Shown here one piece after another: positions 10,527 to 21,976 of a DNA stretch of 62,432 bases. The notes beneath the pieces are model-generated. The model ran no database searches and was not told the DNA's origin. It was given only the letters and a program-made list of their open reading frames with translations. This stretch comes from Methanobacteriota archaeon (GTDB lineage: Archaea > Thermoplasmatota > E2 > DHVEG-1). Numbering within the stretch: the stretch's first letter is position 1; every line of letters begins with the position of its first letter. Made by a program: the position numbers and the translations under genes. The stretch spans positions 1 through 62,432 of the forward strand of contig CAVYNH010000003.1 of NCBI GenBank assembly GCA_963769885.1. Reading direction: 5' to 3'.

Positions 10527-11063
10527 ATGCCTCATGTCTTCACTGGCAACCCCAAGAGACTGGACAACCTACTCCGCCGCCGAATCCTCCCCGCCCAACA
10601 ACTCCTCAACCAGATCGCTATTCGTCAAGGCGACACCCTCATCGACTTCGGCGCCGGCATCGGCTACTTCACCATCCCCGCCCTCGACCGCGTCGGACCT
10701 ACCGGCCAGGTCATCGCCATCGACCAATCCAAACAAATGCTAGACGAACTCCGCACCAGAGCAGGACCACGCCCGAACCTCACCATCATCCAAGCCACCG
10801 ACCTCAACGACTACACCGCCGACATCATCCTCCTAGTCGCCGTCCTCCACGAACTCGACAATCCCAACGCCTTTCTCAACTCGTGTTTTGACCACCTCCG
10901 ACCAGACGGCCGCCTCATCGTCATCGACTGGCAGAAAAGAAAGACCATCCACGGTCCCCCGGCACGTGAACGGATCGCCAAAGAAACCCTCCTCGCCATG
11001 ACGGACCACCCGCGCCGAGAACATCAGATACACAGCGCATTCTATTTCATCGAATTCACGTGA
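10527..11063 (+). CDS. Class I SAM-dependent methyltransferase
   Basis: IDFGAGIGY motif I; LRPDGRLIVIDW. Confidence 0.9.
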   Translation: MPHVFTGNPKRLDNLLRRRILPAQQLLNQIAIRQGDTLIDFGAGIGYFTIPALDRVGPTGQVIAIDQSKQMLDELRTRAGPRPNLTIIQATDLNDYTADIILLVAVLHELDNPNAFLNSCFDHLRPDGRLIVIDWQKRKTIHGPPARERIAKETLLAMTDHPRREHQIHSAFYFIEFT

Positions 11064-11202
11064 AAAAAACATGCCTTCCTAGTCTATCCGTCAAAAACAA
11101 AATACCCGACCAAAATTTGACCAACGACAAGCCCAGGCAGAATGAACGCAAACCCCGCATGCACCCTGGCCGCATTCTCCCACCCAATGATTTAGGCTTC
11201 CC

Positions 11203-11896
11203 CTACAACCTCACGCTCACCTTCGATGCCGCACCAATCCCAGGGATACTCAGGCGCCGTTCAATCAAATCAAACACCGTGCTCGAAATAACCGTCAACA
11301 CAATGTAGATTAGGGCAATGATCGTAAAGACCTCAAGGTACCGCAACGTATGCGCGGCGATGAACTTCCCCTCAGCCGTCAACTCATACACTTGAATAAT
11401 ATAGGCCACTGACGAGGTACTGCAATAAATAGATGAACTCATTGGACCACGACGGAATCGCAATCCGAAGCGCCTGCGGTAGCATCACATGCTCTATCGC
11501 CTGCCCCTTCGTCATCCCCAAGGACCGGGCCGCGACCATCTGACCACCCTCCACAGACTGAATCGCCCCTCGCAAATACTCTGCCTGGTACGCCGAACTA
11601 TTAATAGACAGCCCAACCAACGCAGCCTGCAACGGCGAAAACAAGATCCCAATCTGCGGAAACCCAAAATAGATAATAAAAAGCTGCACCAACAACGGCG
11701 TTCCCCGAATCAATTCGATGTAGCCAACGCAAAACCCGTTCACAATCCGATTCCCATAGACACGCCCCAAAGCGAGCAGGACGCCGACCACAAACCCCGC
11801 GGTGACAGCAACAAACGTCAACAGAAAGGTCACGCCCAAACCATTGAGAAGCTTCGGCAAGCTCGCCATAAAAAATTGCTCGAAGCTTGCGGCCAC
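11203..11896 (-). CDS. Polar amino-acid ABC transporter permease (apparent +1 frameshift at ~11416)
   Basis: RGTPLLVQ and EAA-type loop; removing one base at CAGTAC(C)TCG joins ORFs 11384-11896 and 11203-11463. Confidence 0.88.
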
Positions 11897-12640
11897 TCAA
11901 CTCCCTCCGTACAAGGCCCCAATCCGCCCGAGAAACTCCCGCGCCCGCTTTGTCTTCGCATTCGTAAACATCTCATGCGGCGACCCCTGCTCCACGACGA
12001 GGCCCCCTTCCATGAAAATGATCTCATCAGCAACGTTCCGAGCAAACCCCATCTCATGGGTCACAATCAGCATCGCGACCTTCCCAGCAAGACCTCGCAT
12101 CACATCCAGGACGCCCCCAATTAATTCGGGATCCAACGCCGAGGTCGGCTCATCAAACAAAATGATATCCGGATCCATCGCAAGGGCACGAGCAATACCA
12201 ACACGCTGCTTCTGCCCCCCGGAGAGATGCGCGGGGTACTGATGGACCTGAGCCGCAAGCCCCACGCGATTCAGCTCCTGTAGCGCCCGTGCGCGAGCGG
12301 CCTCCTTCTCAATCCCCTTGACTTTCTCTAGCCCGATACTGACATTCCGCAGAGCGGTCAAATGGGTAAAGAGATTAAAATCCTGAAACACAAACCCGAT
12401 CTTTTCACGGACCTTGTTGATGCCAACATGGGGGTCCGTGATTTCAACGCCATCGAGCCAGACCTCACCACTATCCGGCGGGCTCAGCTGGTTGATACAG
12501 CGTAGTAACGTACTCTTCCCCGAGCCACTTGGACCAATAATAACCTTCGTCTCCTCTTTCTCCATCGTAAAAGAAATCCCCTTTAAAATCTCGCACAACC
12601 CATATTTTTTATGGATATCTCTAACCTCAAGCATCGCCAT
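11897..12640 (-). CDS. Polar amino-acid ABC transporter ATP-binding protein (GlnQ-like)
   Basis: GPSGSGKS, LSGGQKQRV, FDEPTSALDPE, VTHEMGFA. Confidence 0.95.
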   Translation of the reverse strand: MAMLEVRDIHKKYGLCEILKGISFTMEKEETKVIIGPSGSGKSTLLRCINQLSPPDSGEVWLDGVEITDPHVGINKVREKIGFVFQDFNLFTHLTALRNVSIGLEKVKGIEKEAARARALQELNRVGLAAQVHQYPAHLSGGQKQRVGIARALAMDPDIILFDEPTSALDPELIGGVLDVMRGLAGKVAMLIVTHEMGFARNVADEIIFMEGGLVVEQGSPHEMFTNAKTKRAREFLGRIGALYGGS

Positions 12641-12664
12641 AGTACGACCCCCTCTCAGCCCCGA

Positions 12665-13339
12665 TCATCGGTGCGCCTCCGGACGATATCCCGCCATCCT
12701 ATATTTCTGATCCAGTAGATGCAGAAGCTTGTTCGCGGTGAGGACCAACGCAAGATAAATCGCAGCGATGAGTAAAAAAATCGGAAGAACCAACTCCGGA
12801 TTCTGGACCTGGATGTAGCGGCCTTGGCGCATGAGCTCGATGACCCCGATCCCAAAGGCTATTGAAGTATCCTTCAACAAGATGGTGAACTCATTGGTCC
12901 ATCCTGGCAGGGAAAGGCGTAGCATCTGCGGCATGATGATATACCGGATCGCCTTCACCTTCGACATCCCCAACGAAAAGGCGGCAGTGATCTGCCCATT
13001 CGGGATAGCATTGATCGACCCACGGAAGATCTGCGCCTGATACGCGGCACTCCGCAACCCCAAACCGAGAACAGCCGCAGCAAAGGCATCAATATACAAG
13101 TCGAAGGGATGAATCCCGAAGTAGATGATGAATAAAAGAACAAGGAGCGGGATTCCGCGGAAGATCTTTTCGTAGACGATAACCGCACTCGCAACGAAAC
13201 AACCAGTATAGCTGCGGCCGAGCGCCAGGATGACGCCAAGCGTGGTCCCCAACAGGATACCAAGCGCGGTAAGCGCAAGTGTTACACTTAGACCATCCAA
13301 GAGCTGGGGAAGGGCTTGGATGAGCGTATCCAGCGCCAC
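12665..13339 (-). CDS. Polar amino-acid ABC transporter permease
   Basis: FRGIPLLV, AYQAQIFRG, LLKDTS. Confidence 0.93.
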   Translation of the reverse strand: MALDTLIQALPQLLDGLSVTLALTALGILLGTTLGVILALGRSYTGCFVASAVIVYEKIFRGIPLLVLLFIIYFGIHPFDLYIDAFAAAVLGLGLRSAAYQAQIFRGSINAIPNGQITAAFSLGMSKVKAIRYIIMPQMLRLSLPGWTNEFTILLKDTSIAFGIGVIELMRQGRYIQVQNPELVLPIFLLIAAIYLALVLTANKLLHLLDQKYRMAGYRPEAHR

Positions 13340-13363
13340 GAGACCACGCTAATGAGCTAACGG

Positions 13364-14137
13364 TTACGAAGCGAAGTACGAGTCCACCAGGGCCGCCCAG
13401 TACGCTGAACCAGTGGTGTTGAAAAGCCCGTTGTCGATCTTGGTCAGGAGCGCAGTATTCCCGATTTTCACCGCAAACCCGTACGACTCATTCGTAATGA
13501 TGGTCAAGGCGACATTGACGGCCTTCTTCGCGGCAAAGGCATTGGCCACAGGGGAATCAATGACGAGGGCTCCGATGCGGCTCGGGCCGATTTCTAAATC
13601 GGCGACGGCATCGAGCACGTTTTCGTAGCTCCGGAATTTATCTAAGGCGAGCTTCCCCGTCGCCACCAACGTTGTGTTCACCCATTCCCATCCCGTGGTC
13701 CCTGTCTGGGCTCCGACCGTGTAGTTCGCGAGGCTGTCTGGGGTGGTGATGTTGACGCCGGATTCGTTTTTCACGAGCACGGATTGGTTGGCATCATAGT
13801 AGGGGTCGCTGAAGCTCACTTGCGCGCGGCGCTCTTCGTTGATCGTCATTGCGGCGGCAATGACGTCGATTCGGCCCTGTTGAAGCTCGGGGATAAGAGA
13901 GTCAAAGGCGATGTCTCGTACCTCGACCGTATAGCCTTGTTCGGTCAGGATATGCTTGATCAGATCAATGTCGAAGCCGATGATCGTGCCGTTGGGGGCT
14001 TTGTATTCGAATGGTGCGTAGTCAGCCGAGGTTCCGACAACAATTGTGTTTGCATTCTTTTGCGTGCATCCTGACAATAGGACACTAAAGAACGTGGCTC
14101 CTATCAGGACAATGGTGATAATTTTTCGTTTTACCAT
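13364..14137 (-). CDS. Amino-acid ABC transporter substrate-binding lipoprotein
   Basis: LSGC lipobox; YAPFEY, GFDIDL, FSDPYY (SBP family 3). Confidence 0.93.
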   Translation of the reverse strand: MVKRKIITIVLIGATFFSVLLSGCTQKNANTIVVGTSADYAPFEYKAPNGTIIGFDIDLIKHILTEQGYTVEVRDIAFDSLIPELQQGRIDVIAAAMTINEERRAQVSFSDPYYDANQSVLVKNESGVNITTPDSLANYTVGAQTGTTGWEWVNTTLVATGKLALDKFRSYENVLDAVADLEIGPSRIGALVIDSPVANAFAAKKAVNVALTIITNESYGFAVKIGNTALLTKIDNGLFNTTGSAYWAALVDSYFAS

Positions 14138-14326
14138 CGTATCCTCACCCGATGAAAGAACGAGTATTCATTATTTTAAGGTTCTCATCCTTTTCGTTGT
14201 TAATGAGGCTAGACCCTCGGGATACGTTGCCAGAAAAATCGTGACGGAGACAGTGATTTTCTTTTATCGTAACAAAAGATTTAAGAGGGAAGAGTCCTAA
14301 TACGTAGGCTTCAGGAGGAAGCCCTT

Positions 14327-16133
14327 ATGGAACCACACAAGAACCTCATCGTTTTCTTGATTTTCACAACACTGTCATTAACAAGCATCCTTCCCGCCAT
14401 CGCTCAAGTATCATCAACTCAGCCATCATCCGAAGTCGTCTCAGCCGATGAAGCGATTCGCGTGGCGATGACGCAGCTCCACAATAGCGAAAAGACCGAG
14501 TACTCTGTGAAAACGTGCCAGCCCGTGTCCCCTGCCGGCGAATGCCTCTTTTACGCCATCGACCTGGAGCCTACCGGCTATATCGTCGTCCCCGCATCAC
14601 GATACCTTCCACCCGTCATGGCCTACTCATGGACCTCACCCTTCGGCACCTACACCGCAGACAATCCCCTTTATTCGATGCTCATCGCAGACATTACCCA
14701 GCGCCTCGATAATGCCAGAAAGCTCCCCGCATCCATGTTAAACCAAGAAGCAGCCAAATGGGATGCATTTCTGACGAATCCTTCTTCCTCCCGCTGTTTC
14801 CAGCAATGGCCCCCGGAGGGCAGCACACCGACCGACGGCTGGGTCCTGACGCTCTGGACGCAGAACGCCCCATACAACAACCTCTGCCCCTACATCAACA
14901 GCGCGCGAAGCCTCGCCGGCTGCCCCGCCGTCGCTATGGCACAGATCCTTGCTTACTTCAACACTACCAAGAATGTTTCTTTTACGGATGCCGACGATTA
15001 TCATCACAACTATGGCGGAGCGAACTTCTACATTGACGACGACTATGTCGCCTACCAGTTCCCCTCATGGCCACAGCTCAATTCCTACCTTACCACACTG
15101 GAATCCCACTGGGCCACCCATACCGCTCTCACGAACCAAGATAAGGCTGCGCTCAATGTCGCCTGCGGGTTCGCCATGCATCAAGTCTACAATCCCAGCG
15201 GATCAGGAACCTTCGGCGTCGACCAGGCGTACCAAGGGTATCAGCGGTTCGGGTTCACGACCGCGATTTTGTTCATGGGCGAGAGCCAGGAGATGTTCCA
15301 GCATCTCTCCCAGGATATGAAACAAGGGATTCCTGCGCACCTTGCGATTGTCGACGCAGCGTGGCAATATGGGCATAACGTGGTCGTGGATGGCTACAAC
15401 ACCGATGATTTCTATCATGTGAACTTCGGCTGGGGGGGCTCGTACAATGGGTGGTACCACATCCCAGATGACTTTTCCCAAGCCCCGTATAATATGAGTG
15501 TCGTCGAAGGTGTCGTCGTCGATATTATGCCGGCTGAGAATCATCCCCCTGCTGCGCCAGGGCCTATTCATGGTCCTGCGGAGGGGCAGGTCGGCGTCGG
15601 CTATACGTATTCAGTGAATCAAGTCACTGACCCGGAGGGGGACTCGGTCCAGTACCTTCTTTGATTGGGGTGACGGGCAGACATCGGGCTGGATTGATCA
15701 GAACCAGTCCATCCATTCGTGGTCTGATGTGGGTACGTACCCTGTGAAGGCCAAGGCGAAGGACAGCAATGGCGCGGAGAGCAATTGGTCGGAGGTCTAC
15801 CAAGTGACAATAGGGGCCGCACTGCCTTCCTTCTCCGTTCAAATCTCTGCAAAGAAAGGGGTGACAGCCTCGTTGCGCAACAACGGAACGGCCGAGGCGA
15901 CGGACGTCGCATGGTCGGTGAATGTCACCGGCGGGATCCTCCATCGCATCGCGGTCCTTAAGACAGATACCGTCGCATCCCTCGCGCCGGAGGCAAGCGC
16001 CTCCCTGCAGACCAGCGTCTTCTTCGGACTCGGCGGCATCACAATCGACGTCGTAGCCTCATGCGATGAGGGCGTGAGCGCACACGCGACGAAGACAGGA
16101 ACAATCTTCTTCTTCCTGGTAAAAGTGAAGTAA
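14327..16133 (+). CDS. C10 (streptopain-family) peptidase with PKD-like module and conserved C-terminal domain (apparent +1 frameshift at ~15656)
   Basis: GCPAVAMAQI catalytic Cys, GHNVVVDGY His, NFGWGG; deleting one C restores QYFFDWGDG and reads into ORF 15729-16133. Confidence 0.88.
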
Positions 16134-16167
16134 CAGCGAGACACGAAACGGCGTATCCCGCTTTTTC

Positions 16168-16851
16168 CTATTTTTTGATAAGTGTACCAGCAAGAATGAG
16201 CGTGGCCGTACACCAACAAGCTCCGAGAAGCCATCCGCCCAGGATGTCGCTCGCCCAATGAGCCTCGAGATACAGTCGGGAGAAACTGATGAGAAGGACC
16301 GCGATGATCGAAAGGAAGACGACAACAAAGACCAAAGCCGGTGACTGAACTCTCTTTCCAAGGACAACAAGGACGATGCCGAAGACAACCACCGCCATGG
16401 CCGCATGGTCACTGGGAAAGCTGTAGCCTGTCGCCGGCACGAGCGCGAACGACGGTTGAGGACGGTGGAGCAGCTGCTTGACGCAAAAGACGACGAGCGC
16501 GCTCCCCAGGACCCCCAGCAACAACAGGAACGCCAGCGACCAGCGCTTGACGATGAGCGACTGAACGCCGGCGGCGACAGCGACAGTACCTAGGACCAGG
16601 GGTTGGCCGATGGTCGTGATAAAAAGGAAGACGCTCGTCGCCTGAGGGCTTTGCCAGGCCTGGAAGAAGACGGCGATCGCGCTATCCCAGGCCATGGTCC
16701 TCCCCTGGTCGACGCCAACCATCACAATGAAAAGACCAGCAAGGCACAGGAAGAATATCGCAACGAGCCGGCGGGACGTTCGGTCCCTGCTCAGGGTCAG
16801 CCTCATGCCGGGTCCATGAAGCAGCGGGTGGTTTAAGAGGATGCCGTCCAC
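16168..16851 (-). CDS. PAP2-family membrane phosphatase
   Basis: Kx4RPQP, SFPSDH and SRLYLEAHWASD motifs; start uncertain. Confidence 0.88.
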   Translation of the reverse strand: MDGILLNHPLLHGPGMRLTLSRDRTSRRLVAIFFLCLAGLFIVMVGVDQGRTMAWDSAIAVFFQAWQSPQATSVFLFITTIGQPLVLGTVAVAAGVQSLIVKRWSLAFLLLLGVLGSALVVFCVKQLLHRPQPSFALVPATGYSFPSDHAAMAVVVFGIVLVVLGKRVQSPALVFVVVFLSIIAVLLISFSRLYLEAHWASDILGGWLLGACWCTATLILAGTLIKK

Positions 16852-16939
16852 AGAAGGGATGGCCCACGGAAGGGAAAGTTCTATGTACCTCCCCCAGGGA
16901 TGAGATACACAGCCAATAGTTTGTTGGGAGGAAAAAGAA

Positions 16940-18253
16940 ATGTCCCACCGTCACGTCGGCATCCTGGTTTGTGCGCTTGTGGTTATCAGCACTCCGATGA
17001 TGCCCCTGGTATCAGCTACCGGTAGCGGGCATTCATCGGGCCCATGGCTGGACGAAATCGACGGGGTCCAGGTGATGCATCTGATCGGGACGCCGTACGA
17101 GATGGGGTTCCAGCATGGGTCGCTGCTCCGCGAAGAAATCCTGCAGGACCAGCATGCCATCCTCGCCACGGCCGAAAAGCTCGGTCATACCCAATCACAG
17201 CTCCTTGAGGCATGGGACACGGCGCGACCGTTCGTACCCCCCGCGCTGATCGAGGAGATGCAAGGGCTGGCGGATGCGGTGAACGTCAGCCTCGACCAGG
17301 TCGCCATGGTGCAGATGATCCCCTCGTTCGTCCACTGTTCCGTGTTCGCAGCCTGGGACAATGCCACGGTCGACGGCCGACTCTATTACGCCCGTAGCTT
17401 CGACTTCCCGCTCACAATCCAAGACCCAGAGTCAGGCGTCTTCGTCCAAGACAACGCGGTGCTCATCGTCCGCGAGCCGCAGGGCGGCCACGCCTCGCTG
17501 TCCCCCAGTATCGCTGGGCTGATCGGCAGCACCGGCGGCTTCAACGACCAGGGGATCACCACAGCCGTGCTCTCGTGCTGGAGCCATGACGAGACGAAGG
17601 CGGGCAATCCCATGACGTTCAGGCAGCAGACCATGCTGGATGAGGCGACGTCGTTCTCCGAAGCCCTCGCCATCCTGAACACGAACCGGACGGAAGGCTG
17701 GAATTTCATCGTGGCCAATACCACGCGAGGAGTCGCGGTCGAACAGACCGCCAACGTCTCCTACCAAGGGACCTGGGATGACCCGGTGGAGGCCACACGG
17801 CCATTCTGGCCCATCCCCAATGTCGTCCGGCGCACGAACCTCTTTATTAGCCCGCAAACCGCGGCAACCCAGCGGGAACGCTACAACCCCCGCCTCCTCC
17901 CGCTCCTCAGCTATCTCACCGGGAAAAGCAAGTTAGGCTGGTTCATCGTCCCGGCGTACCTGCCCTGGCGCCACTACCAGGCGCTCAGTAAAAGCCTGGA
18001 GTCCGCGTGGGGCGGTATCGACCAAAACAGGAGCATGCAGATTCTCCGCGGTGTTTATAATGGCAGTGTCGACCCCGTCTTCCACCTGTTTGTCGCCCTC
18101 CATTTATATTGTACAATCCACCAATGGGTCGTCTGCCCCGCGACCGGCGAGATCCTCATTTCGTTCGCCCACGGGTCCGCCAACGCCTGGAGCCAGCCCA
18201 TCCACCGCTTCACGCTGGATGAACTCCGGTCCCATATCCCGGGCGGCTCCTGA
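16940..18253 (+). CDS. C45-family Ntn-hydrolase peptidase, secreted
   Basis: GTPYEMGFQHG, EEMQGLA and HCSVFAAW (nucleophile Cys), GGFNDQGI. Confidence 0.88.
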   Translation: MSHRHVGILVCALVVISTPMMPLVSATGSGHSSGPWLDEIDGVQVMHLIGTPYEMGFQHGSLLREEILQDQHAILATAEKLGHTQSQLLEAWDTARPFVPPALIEEMQGLADAVNVSLDQVAMVQMIPSFVHCSVFAAWDNATVDGRLYYARSFDFPLTIQDPESGVFVQDNAVLIVREPQGGHASLSPSIAGLIGSTGGFNDQGITTAVLSCWSHDETKAGNPMTFRQQTMLDEATSFSEALAILNTNRTEGWNFIVANTTRGVAVEQTANVSYQGTWDDPVEATRPFWPIPNVVRRTNLFISPQTAATQRERYNPRLLPLLSYLTGKSKLGWFIVPAYLPWRHYQALSKSLESAWGGIDQNRSMQILRGVYNGSVDPVFHLFVALHLYCTIHQWVVCPATGEILISFAHGSANAWSQPIHRFTLDELRSHIPGGS

Positions 18254-18342
18254 AGAAGGGGCGCCTCTCAGAAGCATATCTTTATATAGGTTCGAGACAT
18301 AATTGTACCTAAATACCGATTTTAAAAGGGGGATAAATAATA

Positions 18343-20706
18343 ATGCGAAGAAGTATACCACTCTTAGTGGCAGTAGCCATAATGGTAAGCGGGTGTGTCG
18401 CGGCCGCGATCCCTCAACAGAACACAACCAAGATCGCCACCGCCGTCAACTTTTCGTCACCACAACTGAAAGAAGTAAACGACTACCTCACGGTCACTCT
18501 CACCGAGATGACCTCCTATGCCATCGCTGAGGGAAAACCAGTACTCCCACGAGTCGTCAAGGTCTTTGACCTACCCTTCGGCGCCACCGACGTCTCCGTC
18601 CATGTCACCACCACCGGTGTCCACGAACAGACCGTCGCCAAGGACATCCAGCCAGGGCCCAAGGCCCTCCCACTCGACGATAACGCCAATGTTGAGACCA
18701 CCGTGACCGAGGATGCCGCCACCTACGCTAGCAGTCAGCCTTACCCAGCATCCTGGTTTGAGTACGCGGTGACCGGCGGCCTTGATAATAACTTTAACCA
18801 CGTGACCCACGTCTCCGTCGCCCTCTACCCCGTCCGCTGTCTGCCGGCGTTGAAGACCATGCAGATTGCCGACTCCATGCAGGTGACGGTAACCTACCAG
18901 CCCCCGAGCCACCCGAAGACCTTCGGGACCGGCTACGACATGGTCATCATTGCCCCCAGGAAGTTCAACTCGATCCTAGCGCCTCTGGTTACCCACAAGA
19001 ACAGCCACGGCGTCAACACCACGATCAAGAACGTCGAGGACATCTACAAGGGGTACAGCAACGCCACCGACAAGGCAGAGAAAGTCAAGTACTACATCAA
19101 GGACGCAATTGAACAGAACGGCATCACGTTCGTCATGCTCTTCGGCGGGTTAAAGAACAAGATCTATGCCATTGACCGCGAGAACCCGAACACCGGGTCG
19201 AATGCCTGGTACGTCCCCATGCGGTACTCGAACCTCTGGGATGGGGCGCCTCCCGACGTCTTCGATCCCGGGTATCCCTGTGATCTCTACTACTCGGATA
19301 TCTACACCGGCACGGGCTCCTTCTCCAGGTGGGATGGTCCCAACCCTGATGGGATCTACGCGGCCTGGAGCTACCCAGGTCACCCGAAGGATATCTTAGA
19401 TATGGATCCTGACGTCTACGTCGGCCGGCTCGCCGTCACCACCAAAGCAGAGGCGAAGACCGTCGTCGACAAGATCATCTCCTACGAGACCGCCGCGAGC
19501 GGCGACTGGGAGAAGAAGATGGTCACCGTCGCCGGTGACGGCTTCCAGGACCAAAACGACCTCAACATCAAGTGGAACGTCAACAGCCTGCCGACCGGAA
19601 CATACACGATCTATGCTCAGAGCATGAACAACGACAGCACCACGGGCCCGATCGACATCATCAACGTGACCGTCGACCTCACCAAACCCTCGAACATCAC
19701 CTTCGTAGAGGACGACAACGATTTCGGCCTCATCTTCCCAGCCCCGCCCCGCGCAGAGATCACGTCTCCCTCAGAAAACGACATCCTGGGGAACACCGCA
19801 GTCAGCTACATCCCGCCTCGCGCATATATCGGAGAGAACTGGGCGAAGGTCGAGTATTCGGCTGGAGTCATGACCATCCGCGGCAAGTCCTACGACCCGA
19901 GGCCCTTCGGCGTCTTCACTCTCATCCACGTCTGGATCAAGAACAGCGCTGCCGTGACCGTCTTTGACACCCAGACGCTCTCTGAGGAATGGTTCGAGAG
20001 TGAATGGGAGGTTGCCAAGGCAGAAAGCTACATACCCTCCGACTTCAACATCACCGAACTCTGGGGATCCGACGGCAAACTGGTCAACCAAGCCAGCGTT
20101 CTGCCAGTCTACAGCGAAGGCGCGCTCTTCGTCTATTTCGCCGGTCACGGGAACCCGCGGATCTGGGCGAACCACTTCCCCGGCATCCCCGGTGGGCGCC
20201 ACAACGCCAGCATCGATGGCCTAGCCAACGTGCAACTCAGCGCACCATTCCTGCCCATGAACAAGCTGACGAACGGCGGGAAACTCCCGGTCACCCTGAT
20301 CGATGGCTGCCACAACAGCATGGACAATATCACCCTGCTGCGGTCGATCTTCCAAGGAGCAATGTACTGGACGTACGGCATGCCGGTCTTTGACTGCTTT
20401 AGCTGGACCCTGATTCGTGAGAAGAACGGCGGCGCCATCGGCACCATCGGCTGTGCCGGGCTTGGCTACGGCTACCTCGGATGGGCTGCCACTGAAGGCC
20501 TCGGCGGCTGGATGAACTCCCATTTCTTCCAAGTCTGGCGCACCATCCACGACTCCGGTAAGCCTGCCTACCTCGGGCAGGTCCACTCCACGACAATCCA
20601 TGATTACCGTGCGGAGTTCGGCACCGGTGATCAGACTGACGCCAAGACCATGCAGGAGTGGACGTTCCTCGGCGACCCCAGCCTCGTGATCGGTGGATAC
20701 CAATAA
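18343..20706 (+). CDS. C25 gingipain-family cysteine peptidase
   Basis: Propeptide GKPVLP; DLYYSD, PDVYVGRL, FAGHGN...IDGCHN, FLGDPSL. Confidence 0.9.
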   Translation: MRRSIPLLVAVAIMVSGCVAAAIPQQNTTKIATAVNFSSPQLKEVNDYLTVTLTEMTSYAIAEGKPVLPRVVKVFDLPFGATDVSVHVTTTGVHEQTVAKDIQPGPKALPLDDNANVETTVTEDAATYASSQPYPASWFEYAVTGGLDNNFNHVTHVSVALYPVRCLPALKTMQIADSMQVTVTYQPPSHPKTFGTGYDMVIIAPRKFNSILAPLVTHKNSHGVNTTIKNVEDIYKGYSNATDKAEKVKYYIKDAIEQNGITFVMLFGGLKNKIYAIDRENPNTGSNAWYVPMRYSNLWDGAPPDVFDPGYPCDLYYSDIYTGTGSFSRWDGPNPDGIYAAWSYPGHPKDILDMDPDVYVGRLAVTTKAEAKTVVDKIISYETAASGDWEKKMVTVAGDGFQDQNDLNIKWNVNSLPTGTYTIYAQSMNNDSTTGPIDIINVTVDLTKPSNITFVEDDNDFGLIFPAPPRAEITSPSENDILGNTAVSYIPPRAYIGENWAKVEYSAGVMTIRGKSYDPRPFGVFTLIHVWIKNSAAVTVFDTQTLSEEWFESEWEVAKAESYIPSDFNITELWGSDGKLVNQASVLPVYSEGALFVYFAGHGNPRIWANHFPGIPGGRHNASIDGLANVQLSAPFLPMNKLTNGGKLPVTLIDGCHNSMDNITLLRSIFQGAMYWTYGMPVFDCFSWTLIREKNGGAIGTIGCAGLGYGYLGWAATEGLGGWMNSHFFQVWRTIHDSGKPAYLGQVHSTTIHDYRAEFGTGDQTDAKTMQEWTFLGDPSLVIGGYQ

Positions 20707-20719
20707 ACACGGGGATCCA

Positions 20720-20765
20720 CCCCTCTCTCCTCTTTTTTTCCCTTTCTTCTCTTTTCTCCCTGTTT
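20720..20765 (+). terminator. Archaeal pyrimidine/oligo-T terminator
   Basis: CCCTCTCTCCTCTTTTTTTCCCTTTCTTCTCTTTTC just after the stop; similar tracts at ~2176-2205, ~21710-21750 and (minus strand) ~52117-52140. Confidence 0.6.
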
Positions 20766-20942
20766 CGCTGCCGGCTAAACACGTGTTCCTATTGCCCACC
20801 ACCAAAATAAGGTGAGGGTGACTCGACTTCTCAGTTGCATGATTTCACCGGCGAACCCCATTCTCCTTCCTGAAAACTATTTAAATATATGGAAATCATT
20901 ATAAATACGCTTACCTACTATTGAGATGAGGTCGAAAATTCT

Positions 20943-21707
20943 ATGCAAATGAAAACAAAGGGTACCGTAAAGAAGACTTCACGCCATGCAGTCTACGCCG
21001 TGCTCTTCTCCCTAATTCTCATACTGCCCGCCGTTGAGGCAGCCACGCCCACCCAGCCGATAATCCAGGCGCCAGTGAAGGCATCGGTCAAAGCACCGCT
21101 CAATGTGACCATCATCAAGCCCCTTCCAAATGCAACATATTTCATGGACAAACCCTTTCCTGTCTCGATATTCAACAATAGCTCTTTTGCCTATGGGAGA
21201 CTCACGATCATCGCCAATGTCACCGGGGATAACCTCACCCAAGTACTAATTTCTGTAGATGGGACGGTCATCGGTAATTTTACGGGTGGGAATGTTTCGA
21301 GCGGATTGTACAATGCCACCTGGTCAAAAATCATCCAGGCCCCCTTCAAGCATACCATCAAGGTCGTCGCCTTCAATGAGACCGCGAACGCCTCAGCATC
21401 CGTCAACATCGTGACCTGGAGGCTCCATGTCCTCCCGTTCGCTGTCGTCGCAGCCATGATGCTGCCGGCGGTGATCCCCAAGACGACCATCCATGGCCTC
21501 GTCTTCAACCTGCACAAGAATCCCTTCGGCTACACCTTCTACGCCATTTACATCCACTACAAATCCGTGAATCTGATGAAGAAGGAGACCGGGACCATTG
21601 TCATGAAGCGCGTCCACGTCGGGCCGGCCCTCAACATGCGCATGCTAAATGTCTCCCCGCTGCGGCTGGCCAGGATCTCGAGCACCTTCCTCGGCATGTT
21701 CACCTAA
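20943..21707 (+). CDS. Hypothetical secreted/membrane protein with Ig-like domain
   Basis: Signal peptide; many NxS/T sequons; internal hydrophobic segment. Confidence 0.7.
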   Translation: MQMKTKGTVKKTSRHAVYAVLFSLILILPAVEAATPTQPIIQAPVKASVKAPLNVTIIKPLPNATYFMDKPFPVSIFNNSSFAYGRLTIIANVTGDNLTQVLISVDGTVIGNFTGGNVSSGLYNATWSKIIQAPFKHTIKVVAFNETANASASVNIVTWRLHVLPFAVVAAMMLPAVIPKTTIHGLVFNLHKNPFGYTFYAIYIHYKSVNLMKKETGTIVMKRVHVGPALNMRMLNVSPLRLARISSTFLGMFT

Positions 21708-21976
21708 ACCCTGCCTCTCTTTCTCCCCTTTTTCCCTTTTTTCCTATTCTTAAATTCTAACAATGAACATCTATTTTTTTGAACAAGGGACGGCTGCCCC
21801 GGGCAATGGCGGGAGAAACTCCATTCCTGGACTATGTCCCCATTGAGCATTCGCTGATCTTCATCATCATCGCAACGATTATAGCGACGAAGCTGTCAAT
21901 CCTTAACATAGTTTTAAATATATTAACTCAGTTACATATTTCGCCTATTTGCTTTGATTGGACGGGAGGAAATACA

